From positions 1 to 64,000 of IMG/VR virus record IMGVR_UViG_3300005573_000057: DNA of 64,000 nucleotides. One strand, 5' to 3'. This document shows, piece by piece, positions 37,127 to 45,629 of this stretch. The notes beneath the pieces are model-generated. The model ran no database searches, was not told where the DNA came from, and saw only the letters and a program-made list of their open reading frames with translations. A program made the translations under genes and the position numbers. The stretch comes from a virus. Numbering within the stretch: position 1 is the stretch's first letter; each line of letters opens with the position of its first letter.

Positions 37127-38188
37127 ATGCTAAGTGATTTCGACGAACTACTGATAGAACTACCGCTGGTGAATGCGTTGTCTGTGCGAACTGCAAATTT
37201 TGCGCAAAAACGTAGTCGCTTGTGGAATTTCTCATGCCCCTATCCCGACTGTGGTGACAATGCAACACGTAAAGATCGGGCACGTGGATATATTTTTGAG
37301 TACAAACATCGTTTGCAATACAAATGTCATAATTGTGGCCGATCTTCCCTATTTTCTACACTGCTCAAAGACCAATTCCCGGATATTTATCAAGAATTGA
37401 AAATCCAGCGATACAGGGAAAAACGAAATTCGGCTCCTATACAGTATTTAGACGAAACGAAAGAAGCCGACCCACCAAAACAAACGATTGTCGAACCCCC
37501 TTGGGTTTCGATTGCAGACCTTGATGCACATCATCCGGCCTATCAATACGTCTTAAATCGCAAGATTCCTCGGTCACGCTGGACAGACCTCTACTATGTT
37601 GAAAAATATGGTGAATTTGTCCGACAGATGGGCCAAAAGAACTCACGCTTAGGAAACGATCCAAGAATTGTGTTGCCTTATCGTAGCAAAGATGGTAAAC
37701 TCATAGGTTTCAGTGGGCGTTCGATGGATCTAGTTGACAATCGGTATAAATATTTGTCTGTCAAACTTGACGATGATGCGGAAATGGTTTATAGATTGAA
37801 CGAATTGTCAACCAATCGACCATTCATTGTTGTGGAAGGCCCTATAGACAGCTTATTCCTAGAGAATGCGATTGCCGTGTCGGGTGCAAAACTTGATGCC
37901 CCAAGTGTTGTCAAGGAAAATAGTCGAAGGGCTATCCTTGTTGCTGACAATGAACCCAGATCAAAGATCATTGTCAAGAACATTGCGCGATACATTGATG
38001 AAGGATATAAAGTTTTCTTGTGGCCTCCTAGTTGGAAATACAAGGATATTAACAAGGCAGTTCAAGAAGGTGTGGAAGCCGAATCCATTGAACGGATGAT
38101 TCTGGATGGTTCGGCAAGTGGAATGAAAGCAAGAGCAAATCTTGCATTTTGGCGTCAAGACATAGACATAAGGAAAAATCATGAGTAG
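37127..38188 (+). CDS. gp61: DNA primase
   Basis: CPYPDCGD...ARG...YKCHNCG Zn finger, GFSGR, VEGPIDSLFL.NAIA, DNEPR, KDIN. Confidence 0.95.
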   Translation: MLSDFDELLIELPLVNALSVRTANFAQKRSRLWNFSCPYPDCGDNATRKDRARGYIFEYKHRLQYKCHNCGRSSLFSTLLKDQFPDIYQELKIQRYREKRNSAPIQYLDETKEADPPKQTIVEPPWVSIADLDAHHPAYQYVLNRKIPRSRWTDLYYVEKYGEFVRQMGQKNSRLGNDPRIVLPYRSKDGKLIGFSGRSMDLVDNRYKYLSVKLDDDAEMVYRLNELSTNRPFIVVEGPIDSLFLENAIAVSGAKLDAPSVVKENSRRAILVADNEPRSKIIVKNIARYIDEGYKVFLWPPSWKYKDINKAVQEGVEAESIERMILDGSASGMKARANLAFWRQDIDIRKNHE

Positions 38189-38762
38189 TGGACGAATCAA
38201 TCTCCTGAAATACAACATCGTTGGAATTAGTGGCCCCATTGGATCTGGAAAGGATACTGTGGCGAACTGGATTGCTCGAAACAGCCATCAACAATACAAC
38301 ATTGTATCCTTTGCAACACCACTGAGGGATGCTGCCAAGGCGATGTTTGGCTGGTCTGATTTCCAGTTACAAGATCGGGTTGCCAAGGAACAAGTTGACC
38401 CATTCTGGGGATTCTCCCCTCGAACCGCCTTGCAACTGCTTGGAACTGAATACGGCAGGCAAAAGTTGCGGGATGATGTGTGGATTCTTGCTGCAAAGCG
38501 TAAAGTTGATCAGAATCATAGTGTAGGCATTCATACAGTCATTCAGGATGTTCGATTTCAGAATGAGGATGAATTCGTTCGAAGTTACCCTAATCATCTA
38601 CGAATCTATATGGATTCTAATGAATCCCATCCTACCTCGACCCATGTATCCGAAGCGGGTGTCCCATTTCAAAGTGGAGACATTGTAATTTACAATGATA
38701 AGTCAAAAGGTCTTGTCGCTTTGGAAAATGTACTTAATACCCTATTCTCGTTTGGAGACTGA
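38181..38762 (+). CDS. gp1: Deoxynucleoside monophosphate kinase
   Basis: GISGPIGSGKDTVA, SFA.PL, PR..LQ..GTE.GR, DVRF.NE, H.SE.G. Confidence 0.92.
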   Translation: MSSGRINLLKYNIVGISGPIGSGKDTVANWIARNSHQQYNIVSFATPLRDAAKAMFGWSDFQLQDRVAKEQVDPFWGFSPRTALQLLGTEYGRQKLRDDVWILAAKRKVDQNHSVGIHTVIQDVRFQNEDEFVRSYPNHLRIYMDSNESHPTSTHVSEAGVPFQSGDIVIYNDKSKGLVALENVLNTLFSFGD

Positions 38763-38763
38763 A

Positions 38764-39438
38764 ATGAATACAGCCAAAATTGTTGCCTACAGCCAAGTTG
38801 CCCCGAATGCACTTGATGATCTTGAACTTCAAACTGTTCAGGAATTGATTGCCTATTTTGCTCGGGTGTCCAATCCATCCAACCAAAACAATGTTCAAAC
38901 ATCCGAAAAACTCATTACCTATCTGCTTAACCACAAACACTTTTCACCGTTCGAAATGGTGCATGCAACTCTTGAATTAAACACAACAAGAGATATTGCT
39001 AGACAAATTATTCGACACCGATCCTTTGCATTCCAAGAATTTTCTCAACGGTATGCCAATCCAGAAGCTCTTGGAACCGATTTGATTTTTCGAGAGGCAA
39101 GGATGCAAGACCCAAAGAACCGTCAAAATTCCATCGTTTGCACAGATCCAGAATTGGCCCAACAGTGGCTTCTGAAACAAGAAACAGTTCAGAATATTTG
39201 TAACGATGTGTACAATTGGGCAATTGAACGTGGGATTGCCAAGGAACAAGCCAGAGTTGTCCTCCCGGAAGGTTTGACAAAAAGCCGATTGCTCGTTGCT
39301 GGAAGCCTACGGTCATTCATTCATTACATTCAGGTTCGAACTGAGGAAGGAGTTCAGGCCGAACATCGGGAACTTGCTCGGGCGATTGCTGTAGAAATTG
39401 CAAAGATTTTCCCTCTAGCCATGAATTTTGTGCAATAA
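38764..39438 (+). CDS. thyX: Flavin-dependent thymidylate synthase
   Basis: ARVSNP, H.SPFE, RQIIRHRSF.FQEFSQRY, AKEQAR.VLP, Q.EHR. Confidence 0.96.
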   Translation: MNTAKIVAYSQVAPNALDDLELQTVQELIAYFARVSNPSNQNNVQTSEKLITYLLNHKHFSPFEMVHATLELNTTRDIARQIIRHRSFAFQEFSQRYANPEALGTDLIFREARMQDPKNRQNSIVCTDPELAQQWLLKQETVQNICNDVYNWAIERGIAKEQARVVLPEGLTKSRLLVAGSLRSFIHYIQVRTEEGVQAEHRELARAIAVEIAKIFPLAMNFVQ

Positions 39439-39831
39439 ACAGAAAGCGCCGTAAATCCCCGTCTGTTTACGGATGGGATATAAGGCGTCCTCTTGACTTT
39501 TGAATAAAATTAGAGTACACTACCTACTAAAGATATGTTAACAGCCACCAAAATCCGCATTTACCCGAACCTTAGACAAGAGGAATCTCTTGCCAAGGCG
39601 TTTGGTTGTGCGCGGTGGTACTGGAACAACAGTCTCATTGAAACGGAAAAGACGTATCAAGAAACCGGCAAAGGTCTTGGTCAATTTGATTTGAACAAGC
39701 GCCTTCCCGAACTCAAGAAAGAATACGAATGGCTTGCCGAACCCTATGCTCAGGTACTTCAATCTGTAAGTCTAAACTTGTCTCGTGCCGTTGAAGCTGG
39801 AAGCCCTGCCCTTTAGGGCGGAACAATTCAC
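39439..39831 (+). mobile_element. Internally deleted IS200/IS605-family element (left-end hairpin, tnpB 5' stub, right-end hairpin); left boundary approximate
   Basis: LE CGCCGTAAATCCCCGTC...GGATATAAGGCG; promoter TTGACT-N17-TACACT; RE GGAAGCCCTGCCCTTTAGGGCGGAACAATTCAC. Confidence 0.85.
39535..39816 (+). pseudogene. tnpB: Truncated TnpB (N-terminal HTH region only, no RuvC)
   Basis: KIRIYP...Q...LAKAFGCARWYWN..L...LPELKKEYEWL....QVLQ....NL.RA, then runs into the RE. Confidence 0.88.
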
Positions 39832-39847
39832 CCCAAAAGGAAAAATC

Positions 39848-40540
39848 ATGTTTACTCCTAAAGCAAAGAAAGAAAGTGAAGAATACTATGATGAAGAACA
39901 AGAACCTGCGGGATGTAAAGTCATTGAGTCGGGCACTCAAAAAGAATCTGTTGTCATTCTGCACGGCCCCATCACAACAGAAAACATTGCCGATGCCATT
40001 CAACAAATCATCGTTGCCAATTTGAGTGAACAAAAACGATTGCATCTTGTCATTATGTCAAGTGGTGGAAATCTGACAGCGGCTTTTGGTCTGATTGACG
40101 CAATCGTCGGAAGCACTATTCCTATCATCACCTATGGGATCGGGGAAGTGCTCAGTGCCGGTCTATTGATCTTCATGGCAGGCCACCATCGCGTTCTGAG
40201 TCGAAACACCACCGTCCTGTCTCACCAATTCAGCACAGGATCTGGCTGGAACAAGTTTCATGAAATGGAAGCTTTTGAACGTGGCTTGAAGATGACACAG
40301 AAGCAAGTGATCGAATTCTATATCAAGGCAACTCAATTGCCATTGCGTATTATCAAGGCCAAGCTCTTGTCCAGTAGCGATACGTGGTTGACAGCCGAAG
40401 AAGCCTTGAAGTATAATCTGGCAGATGAAGTTGTAGATGGTTTCTCCCTCTACACCTTGGGAAACGAACCTTCTGTGAGGGTAGAAATATCGGAACCACA
40501 ACTGTTACAGGAAGAAAATGAAAATAGCACTGGCGTCTGA
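39848..40540 (+). CDS. clpP: ClpP-like protease
   Basis: I.S.GG....FG..D, G...SAG, HQ, D.WLTAEEALKY.LADEV. Confidence 0.85.
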   Translation: MFTPKAKKESEEYYDEEQEPAGCKVIESGTQKESVVILHGPITTENIADAIQQIIVANLSEQKRLHLVIMSSGGNLTAAFGLIDAIVGSTIPIITYGIGEVLSAGLLIFMAGHHRVLSRNTTVLSHQFSTGSGWNKFHEMEAFERGLKMTQKQVIEFYIKATQLPLRIIKAKLLSSSDTWLTAEEALKYNLADEVVDGFSLYTLGNEPSVRVEISEPQLLQEENENSTGV

Positions 40541-41282
40541 TATTCATCTAGAGTTCGGAGATTACAAGATCGAAAACCTCGAAGGGGCAGATGTGTTGAT
40601 TCTGTCTGGTGATATTATGACTGATCCAATGATCGGGAATGATTTGACAACGAAATTCTTCAAACAATGTTCGGAAAAGTTCCCTCATGTTCTCTACATT
40701 GCTGGCAACCATGAATTTTACAATGGTCATTTGTTCAAGACTCGTGAAAAGATCAAGAATTTTGTCACTCAGTTCAAAAATGTAGAATTTCTTGACAACA
40801 CGCATTATTTTATCAATGATGTGTTGTTCTATGGCGGAACTCTCTGGACAAACTTTGACAATGAGAATCCCTTGGTCATGCATACAATAAGGTTTTCGAT
40901 GAATGACTACTACAAGATTTCAAACAACAATAGGAAATTCGCACCAGAAGATGCCTTGAATGAACATAAACTATTCTTGGCCGGGTTAAAAGATACCCTT
41001 GACAAATTCAAGGATCACAAAACCGTTGTGATTGGACACCACGCCCCCTCAAAGCTCAGTATCCATGCTCGTTACAGGGACTCTAAAACGAATGCTGCAT
41101 TTAGCTCAGATCTATCCGAGTTCATTCTATCCAATCCCCAGATCGTTCTTTGGACACATGGGCATACCCATGACCCATTCGACTACAAGATCGGGGAAAC
41201 CCGCATTGTAGCCAATCCTCGTGGGTATATCAATTATGAAAATATTGCCTATTGGTTCAGCTTGAAATTCATTGATGTTTGA
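40518..41282 (+). CDS. Calcineurin-like metallophosphoesterase
   Basis: SDIHLE, GDI, GNHE, HHAP, HGHTH, NPRGY. Confidence 0.92.
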   Translation: MKIALASDIHLEFGDYKIENLEGADVLILSGDIMTDPMIGNDLTTKFFKQCSEKFPHVLYIAGNHEFYNGHLFKTREKIKNFVTQFKNVEFLDNTHYFINDVLFYGGTLWTNFDNENPLVMHTIRFSMNDYYKISNNNRKFAPEDALNEHKLFLAGLKDTLDKFKDHKTVVIGHHAPSKLSIHARYRDSKTNAAFSSDLSEFILSNPQIVLWTHGHTHDPFDYKIGETRIVANPRGYINYENIAYWFSLKFIDV

Positions 41283-41956
41283 ATTATGCTGCTATTGAAA
41301 AAATTCAGTCGGTGATGGAAACGAATCTAAAAAATTACACTATACGGCCAATCTCCAACGCACTCGCAATGTCAGTTGTCATTCGGGAGCATTACCTCCA
41401 TCGTCGAGCGCCATGCAGTTTTGCCTTTGGTTTATTCTTGCATGATGAACTCAAAGGTGTTATAACCTATGGAACACCAAGCAGTGCCCCGTTACGAAAG
41501 GGTTTGGCAGGCCCAGAGAACAGTTCCAATGTCATTGAACTTACGCGCCTTTGGGTGAATGACGATGTTCCACGAAACGGTGAAAGTTTTTTGATAGGCA
41601 ACACTGTGCGCTTGGTTGATAAAGAGTTTGTTGTGTCCTTTGCGGAAATTCAGCAGGGGCATTTAGGTATTGTCTATCAGGCTACGAATTGGATTTATAC
41701 CGGGCTATCGGCAAAGCGCACGAACTGGCATGTTGACGGTGATACCCGGCATAGTCAGAGTTTGGGAGACGAATATCGGACAGCCGCCGCATTACGTGAA
41801 AAATTTGGTGATGCGTTCACTCTTGTTCCGCGACCACGAAAGCATAGATATGTGTTTTTCAATGCAAACAAGCGTAGACGTAAGGAAATGCTGAAAGAGT
41901 TACGGTATCCTATACTCCCCTATCCAAAAAACTTGACAAATGAAGGACAGTCATGA
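41279..41956 (+). CDS. mom: Mom-like DNA modification protein (GNAT fold); start may be 41315
   Basis: HYLH, GVITYG.P, IELTRLW, N.ESFLI, VSFA...QGH.G.VYQATNWIYTG, KHRY. Confidence 0.8.
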   Translation: MNYAAIEKIQSVMETNLKNYTIRPISNALAMSVVIREHYLHRRAPCSFAFGLFLHDELKGVITYGTPSSAPLRKGLAGPENSSNVIELTRLWVNDDVPRNGESFLIGNTVRLVDKEFVVSFAEIQQGHLGIVYQATNWIYTGLSAKRTNWHVDGDTRHSQSLGDEYRTAAALREKFGDAFTLVPRPRKHRYVFFNANKRRRKEMLKELRYPILPYPKNLTNEGQS

Positions 41957-42987
41957 ACAAGCTTCTAGGAATTGTAACGAGAGCCAATCAACGACGCCAA
42001 GATCGGAAATGGAACAAATACAAGGATGTGTTGTTGACTGGTATTGATAACCCCATTAGACGATCAAATTACAACACAGTCCTTGATAATCAGCGTAGAC
42101 AAGAAGAACGACAGTACAGTTACTTGACCCCACCCAAAGGACTGTTAAAACAATTGTTAGAACAATTGGGGTGGAATACACAACTAGACTCCCATGAGAA
42201 AGAATCGGAGTTCATGTATCAACTCACAAAACGAGTCTTGGATAAGCTTATTTGTTGGGATCTGGTCGATGTTCAATCCGTTGCATCGGTATTACCATTT
42301 GTGTACTTTACGGAATATGATGGCAGTTCTAAGTTAAGTAAAAGGCATGCGGTGTTGGTAAAGACTCGTGGTTTAGACGTTAAGACCACACTGGATGCTG
42401 TAGGATGTGTCGAACTCCGAAAAGCTGTTTTAGATGAATTAAGTACGGCTATTGCAAAAGAAATCAATCATGACTTGCTAGACACGTTAGCCAGTATCAG
42501 TGATCAATCATCTACACCAGTTTCGGGGGAAGCTTATGATTATTCGAGTAAGGCGGTTGAACACTTAGTCAACGAAATCGGAAACGTCAATAGACGATGG
42601 CGCGTCAATTGGGCTATCATGGATTATTTAACCTATTACAAGTGGAAAAATTCTGCCCATTCTTTCTATGGTAACTTTATTTCGGATGAAGTGCATACGG
42701 CTATTGCAGAAGAAATCAAGTTGGCTGGTATTTTATATGTCGGTATGACAAGTACAGGAGTCAGGCTCTATGTTTCCGATCATCTGAAAACCTCATTGTT
42801 GGTTGGTTGCAAAGGGTTAGAACTTGATGCTGGATATATCTTCAGCCCCTATGTTCTGTCCGGTGCGATGATGGTTGACTCTGAAACCTATGAACCTATC
42901 TTGAAATTCAAAATCCGGTATGCTGAATACGTAACTGGAAAGCATTACTACAAATCCACTGATCTCTACAAAACTCACAAGGAATAA
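41953..42987 (+). CDS. Divergent major capsid protein paralog (gp24-like)
   Basis: LDNQ, LI..DLVDVQ, TR.L, I..EIN, VG.KG..LDAGYIFSPY, TYEP...F..RY mirror gp23 motifs. Confidence 0.7.
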   Translation: MNKLLGIVTRANQRRQDRKWNKYKDVLLTGIDNPIRRSNYNTVLDNQRRQEERQYSYLTPPKGLLKQLLEQLGWNTQLDSHEKESEFMYQLTKRVLDKLICWDLVDVQSVASVLPFVYFTEYDGSSKLSKRHAVLVKTRGLDVKTTLDAVGCVELRKAVLDELSTAIAKEINHDLLDTLASISDQSSTPVSGEAYDYSSKAVEHLVNEIGNVNRRWRVNWAIMDYLTYYKWKNSAHSFYGNFISDEVHTAIAEEIKLAGILYVGMTSTGVRLYVSDHLKTSLLVGCKGLELDAGYIFSPYVLSGAMMVDSETYEPILKFKIRYAEYVTGKHYYKSTDLYKTHKE

Positions 42988-42989
42988 TC

Positions 42990-43157
42990 ATGACAGAAGA
43001 ACAGAAGCAACTTTTGATTAAACTCAATGGAGAACTTATCAAACTCATGCCATTGCTCGACACAGTAACAGACATTATCATCCTTGTAGACCAAATCAAC
43101 ACTTCCTTTGGTATCCAGAGCGATGTTTCCAACGCCTTCGATGTTCCTGAATGCTAA
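42990..43157 (+). CDS. Small hypothetical protein (55 aa)
   Basis: AAGGA RBS, MTEEQKQLLIKL...; not in the ORF track. Confidence 0.5.
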   Translation: MTEEQKQLLIKLNGELIKLMPLLDTVTDIIILVDQINTSFGIQSDVSNAFDVPEC

Positions 43158-43184
43158 ACTTGGAAATTGTTCTATACTTGCATT

Positions 43185-43234
43185 GTCAACTACCCCGGAT
43201 TGAAACCGCAAGGCTGATAGCTTGGTTGATCAGG
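43185..43234 (+). mobile_element. Probable 5' stub of an IscB/HEARO-type (IS200/IS605) omegaRNA
   Basis: GTCAACTACCCCGGATTGAAACCGCAAGGCTGATAGCTTGGTTGATCAGGG resembles the GTCAACTACCCC...GGCT..AGC..GTTGA(C/T)CAG element start. Confidence 0.55.
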
Positions 43235-43291
43235 GATGCCCATGTCTCCGATGATGTTCGGGTCTGTGAGAATGAAGAAATTTCTTCTTGA
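43235..43291 (+). pseudogene. 3' remnant of an eighth hexapeptide-repeat gene
   Basis: Reads DAHVSDDVRVCENEEISS*, ending in the conserved junction. Confidence 0.8.
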
Positions 43292-43348
43292 CTTTTGCTG
43301 TTAGTAATCTATAATTCAGTTGTAAACATTCACAAGGAGCGATCCATG
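43277..43348 (+). repeat. Conserved junction, copy 4
   Basis: GAAATTTCTTCTTGACT-N16-TATAATTCAGTTGTAAACATTCACAAGGAGCGATCCATG. Confidence 0.9.
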
Positions 43349-43912
43349 AAAAAATATGAATTGTTGAAAAATGACTCTATCCAATTTTCTGGTCATACCC
43401 TTTACCGTATCCGTGCTCTACGCAATTTCGGCGGTGTTCACGTGGGCAACAAGGGCGGCTATATTGAATCCGAAAATAACTTGAGTCACGATGGAGACTG
43501 CTGGGTATCCGACAATGCTCAGGTCTTTTGGAACGCTCATGTCACCGGGAATGCTCGGGTCTCCGAGAATGCTCAGGTCTTTTGGAATGCTCGTGTCTAT
43601 GGCAATGCTCGGGTCTCTGGGAGTGCTCTGGTTTTTGATAGTGCCGAGGTTTACGAGAATGCTCGTATTTATGAATATGCTCAAGTCTCCGGGAAGGCCC
43701 AAGTATCCGGGAATGCTCAAGTCTTCGGACGTGCTAATGTCTTTGAGAATGCTCTGGTTTATGGGAACGCTCGGGTCTACAAAAATGCTATGGTCTATGG
43801 TCATTCTAATGTCTTTGAAAATGCTCAAGTCTATGGAAGCGCTCGGGTCTACGGAAATGCGCAGGTCTATGGGGATACTCAGGTTTCTGGGGATGAAGAA
43901 ATTTCTTCTTGA
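43346..43912 (+). CDS. Hexapeptide-repeat protein, paralog B1, 188 aa
   Basis: Conserved head plus repeats; ends EISS. Confidence 0.9.
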   Translation: MKKYELLKNDSIQFSGHTLYRIRALRNFGGVHVGNKGGYIESENNLSHDGDCWVSDNAQVFWNAHVTGNARVSENAQVFWNARVYGNARVSGSALVFDSAEVYENARIYEYAQVSGKAQVSGNAQVFGRANVFENALVYGNARVYKNAMVYGHSNVFENAQVYGSARVYGNAQVYGDTQVSGDEEISS

Positions 43913-43969
43913 CTTTTTCTGTAGATGCTCTATAATTAAGTTGTAAACATTGATAAGGAGTTGGTCATG
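43898..43969 (+). repeat. Conserved junction, copy 5
   Basis: GAAATTTCTTCTTGACT-N16-TATAATTAAGTTGTAAACATTGATAAGGAGTTGGTCATG. Confidence 0.9.
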
Positions 43970-44515
43970 AACAAGTACGAACTGTTGAAAGATGACGCCA
44001 TTGTAATTGCTGGCCGAACTCTATACCGTGTTCGTGCTTTGCGCGATTTCGGTAATGTTCGTTCTGGGGACAATGGTGGCTATCTCGAATCCGAAAACAA
44101 TTTGAGTCAAGATGGAAACTGCTGGGTATCCGATGATGCTCGGGTCTTCGAGGATGCTTGGGTCTTCGATGATGCTCGGGTCTCTGGGAATGCTCAGGTC
44201 TTTGGAAATGCTCAGGTCTCTTGGAATGCCAAAGTATCTGGGAATGCTCAAGTATTTGGGGACGCTATGATTTATGGGGATGCTCGGGTCTCTGAGAATG
44301 CTCGGGTCTCCGGGAATGTTTGTGTCTATGGAAATGCCAAGGTCTACGGCTACAGTCATGTCTTTAGGAATGCTTTGGTCTTTGGGAATTCCGAGGTCTA
44401 TGGGCGTGCTTTGGTCTTCGATGATGCTCTAGTCTTCGATAATGCTCGGGTTTACGGAAATGCGCAGGTCTACGGGGATATTCAGGTCTCTGGGAATGAA
44501 GAAATTTCTTCTTGA
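43967..44515 (+). CDS. Hexapeptide-repeat protein, paralog B2, 182 aa
   Basis: Conserved head plus repeats; ends EISS. Confidence 0.9.
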   Translation: MNKYELLKDDAIVIAGRTLYRVRALRDFGNVRSGDNGGYLESENNLSQDGNCWVSDDARVFEDAWVFDDARVSGNAQVFGNAQVSWNAKVSGNAQVFGDAMIYGDARVSENARVSGNVCVYGNAKVYGYSHVFRNALVFGNSEVYGRALVFDDALVFDNARVYGNAQVYGDIQVSGNEEISS

Positions 44516-44572
44516 CATTTGCTAGGGATCATCTATAATTCAATCGTAAACATTGATAAGGAGTTGGTTATG
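44501..44572 (+). repeat. Conserved junction, copy 6
   Basis: GAAATTTCTTCTTGACA-N16-TATAATTCAATCGTAAACATTGATAAGGAGTTGGTTATG. Confidence 0.9.
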
Positions 44573-45244
44573 AACAAGTATGAACTCTTGGAAGATGACA
44601 CCGTTGAAGTCAATGGCCGTACCTTTTACCGGATTCGCGCTCTGCGCGATTTCGGTGATGTTCGTTCTGGCGACAAGGGTGGCTATATTGAATCTGAAAA
44701 GAATTTGAGCCAAATCGGAAACTGCTGGGTATCCGACAATGCGCGGGTCTTCGAGAATGCGCGGATTTTTGGGAATGCTCGAATCTTTGGGAACGCTATG
44801 ATTTATGGGAATGCTCGGGTCTACGATGATGCTCGGGTCTTTGGGGATGCTTGTGTCTATGGGAATTCTTCGGTCTTTTTGGATGCTTGTGTCTATGGGA
44901 ATGCTATGATTTATGGGACTGCTCGGGTATCAAGAACTTCTCGGGTATTCGGGAATGCCGAGGTCTACGAAAATGCGCAGGTCTCCGGTAATGATCAGGT
45001 CTATGGGAATGCCAAGGTCGCTGGGAATTCTTGGGTATTTGGGAATGTGAGAATCTTCGATGATGCTCGTGTCTTTGATAATTCTCGTGTCTATGAAAAT
45101 GCTCAGGTATTCGATAGTGCCCTAGTTTTCGGTAGTGCTATAGTCTCCGGTAGTTCTCAGGTCTTTGGGAATGCTCGGGTCTCGGGGAATGCTCGGGTTT
45201 CCGGGGACTCTCTGATTTCACGGAATGCAGAAATTTCTTCTTGA
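44570..45244 (+). CDS. Hexapeptide-repeat protein, paralog B3, 224 aa
   Basis: Conserved head plus repeats; ends EISS, but the junction reads TTGAA and has no -10 box (array end). Confidence 0.9.
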   Translation: MNKYELLEDDTVEVNGRTFYRIRALRDFGDVRSGDKGGYIESEKNLSQIGNCWVSDNARVFENARIFGNARIFGNAMIYGNARVYDDARVFGDACVYGNSSVFLDACVYGNAMIYGTARVSRTSRVFGNAEVYENAQVSGNDQVYGNAKVAGNSWVFGNVRIFDDARVFDNSRVYENAQVFDSALVFGSAIVSGSSQVFGNARVSGNARVSGDSLISRNAEISS

Positions 45245-45266
45245 ATTTTAGCAACTTCACCATGTA

Positions 45267-45302
45267 AGGCCAACGACCATTTAATTGTTCGTTGGCTTTT
45301 TT
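45267..45302 (+). terminator. Rho-independent terminator closing array B
   Basis: AGGCCAACGA...TCGTTGGCTT followed by a T tract. Confidence 0.75.
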
Positions 45303-45401
45303 GTATTCCAACTGACAGTGAATCAATTGTTCTGGTTGGCCCGTACTGAGCAAAAATTCAATATACTAACTAATACTATATTCCTCATTAGGAACCCAAA
45401 A

Positions 45402-45626
45402 ATGAAATCATTTAAGCAATTTGTGGCCGAACAGCGTATTTTTGAAGCTGATCTTTCCAAGTTTATTGACAAACGCACCAATCCTTCGACCGGCAAGGAA
45501 GAATGGGCATTCATTGATATTCACAAACCTGATAAAGTTTTCAAGTATTTTGGTACAGAAAAACCATCTGACGAGGAAATCCGCAAGGAACTCGGTGATG
45601 TAGAATATTTCAAAAATAACGGCTAA
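45402..45626 (+). CDS. Small putative internal head protein
   Basis: MKSFKQFVAE; TAACTA at 45367. Confidence 0.65.
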   Translation: MKSFKQFVAEQRIFEADLSKFIDKRTNPSTGKEEWAFIDIHKPDKVFKYFGTEKPSDEEIRKELGDVEYFKNNG

Positions 45627-45629
45627 AGC

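Noticed and set aside
39207-39217. Self-target of the 62233 guide inside thyX (TGTGTACAATT)
   Set aside because: Only 11 nt match, the seed-proximal bases mismatch and there is no adjacent TTGAT
39535-39816. Functional TnpB nuclease
   Set aside because: Only 93 aa; RuvC and Zn finger absent
43295-43345. N-terminal extensions such as MLLVIYNSVVNIHKERS in the ORF track (also starts at 29201, 30638, 44519, 56661)
   Set aside because: These translate the promoter/leader; true starts follow the AAGGAG RBS
43277-45244. CRISPR-like array of ~70-bp repeats
   Set aside because: The intervening sequences are 550-700-bp paralogous genes and the repeats are promoter/RBS units; no cas genes
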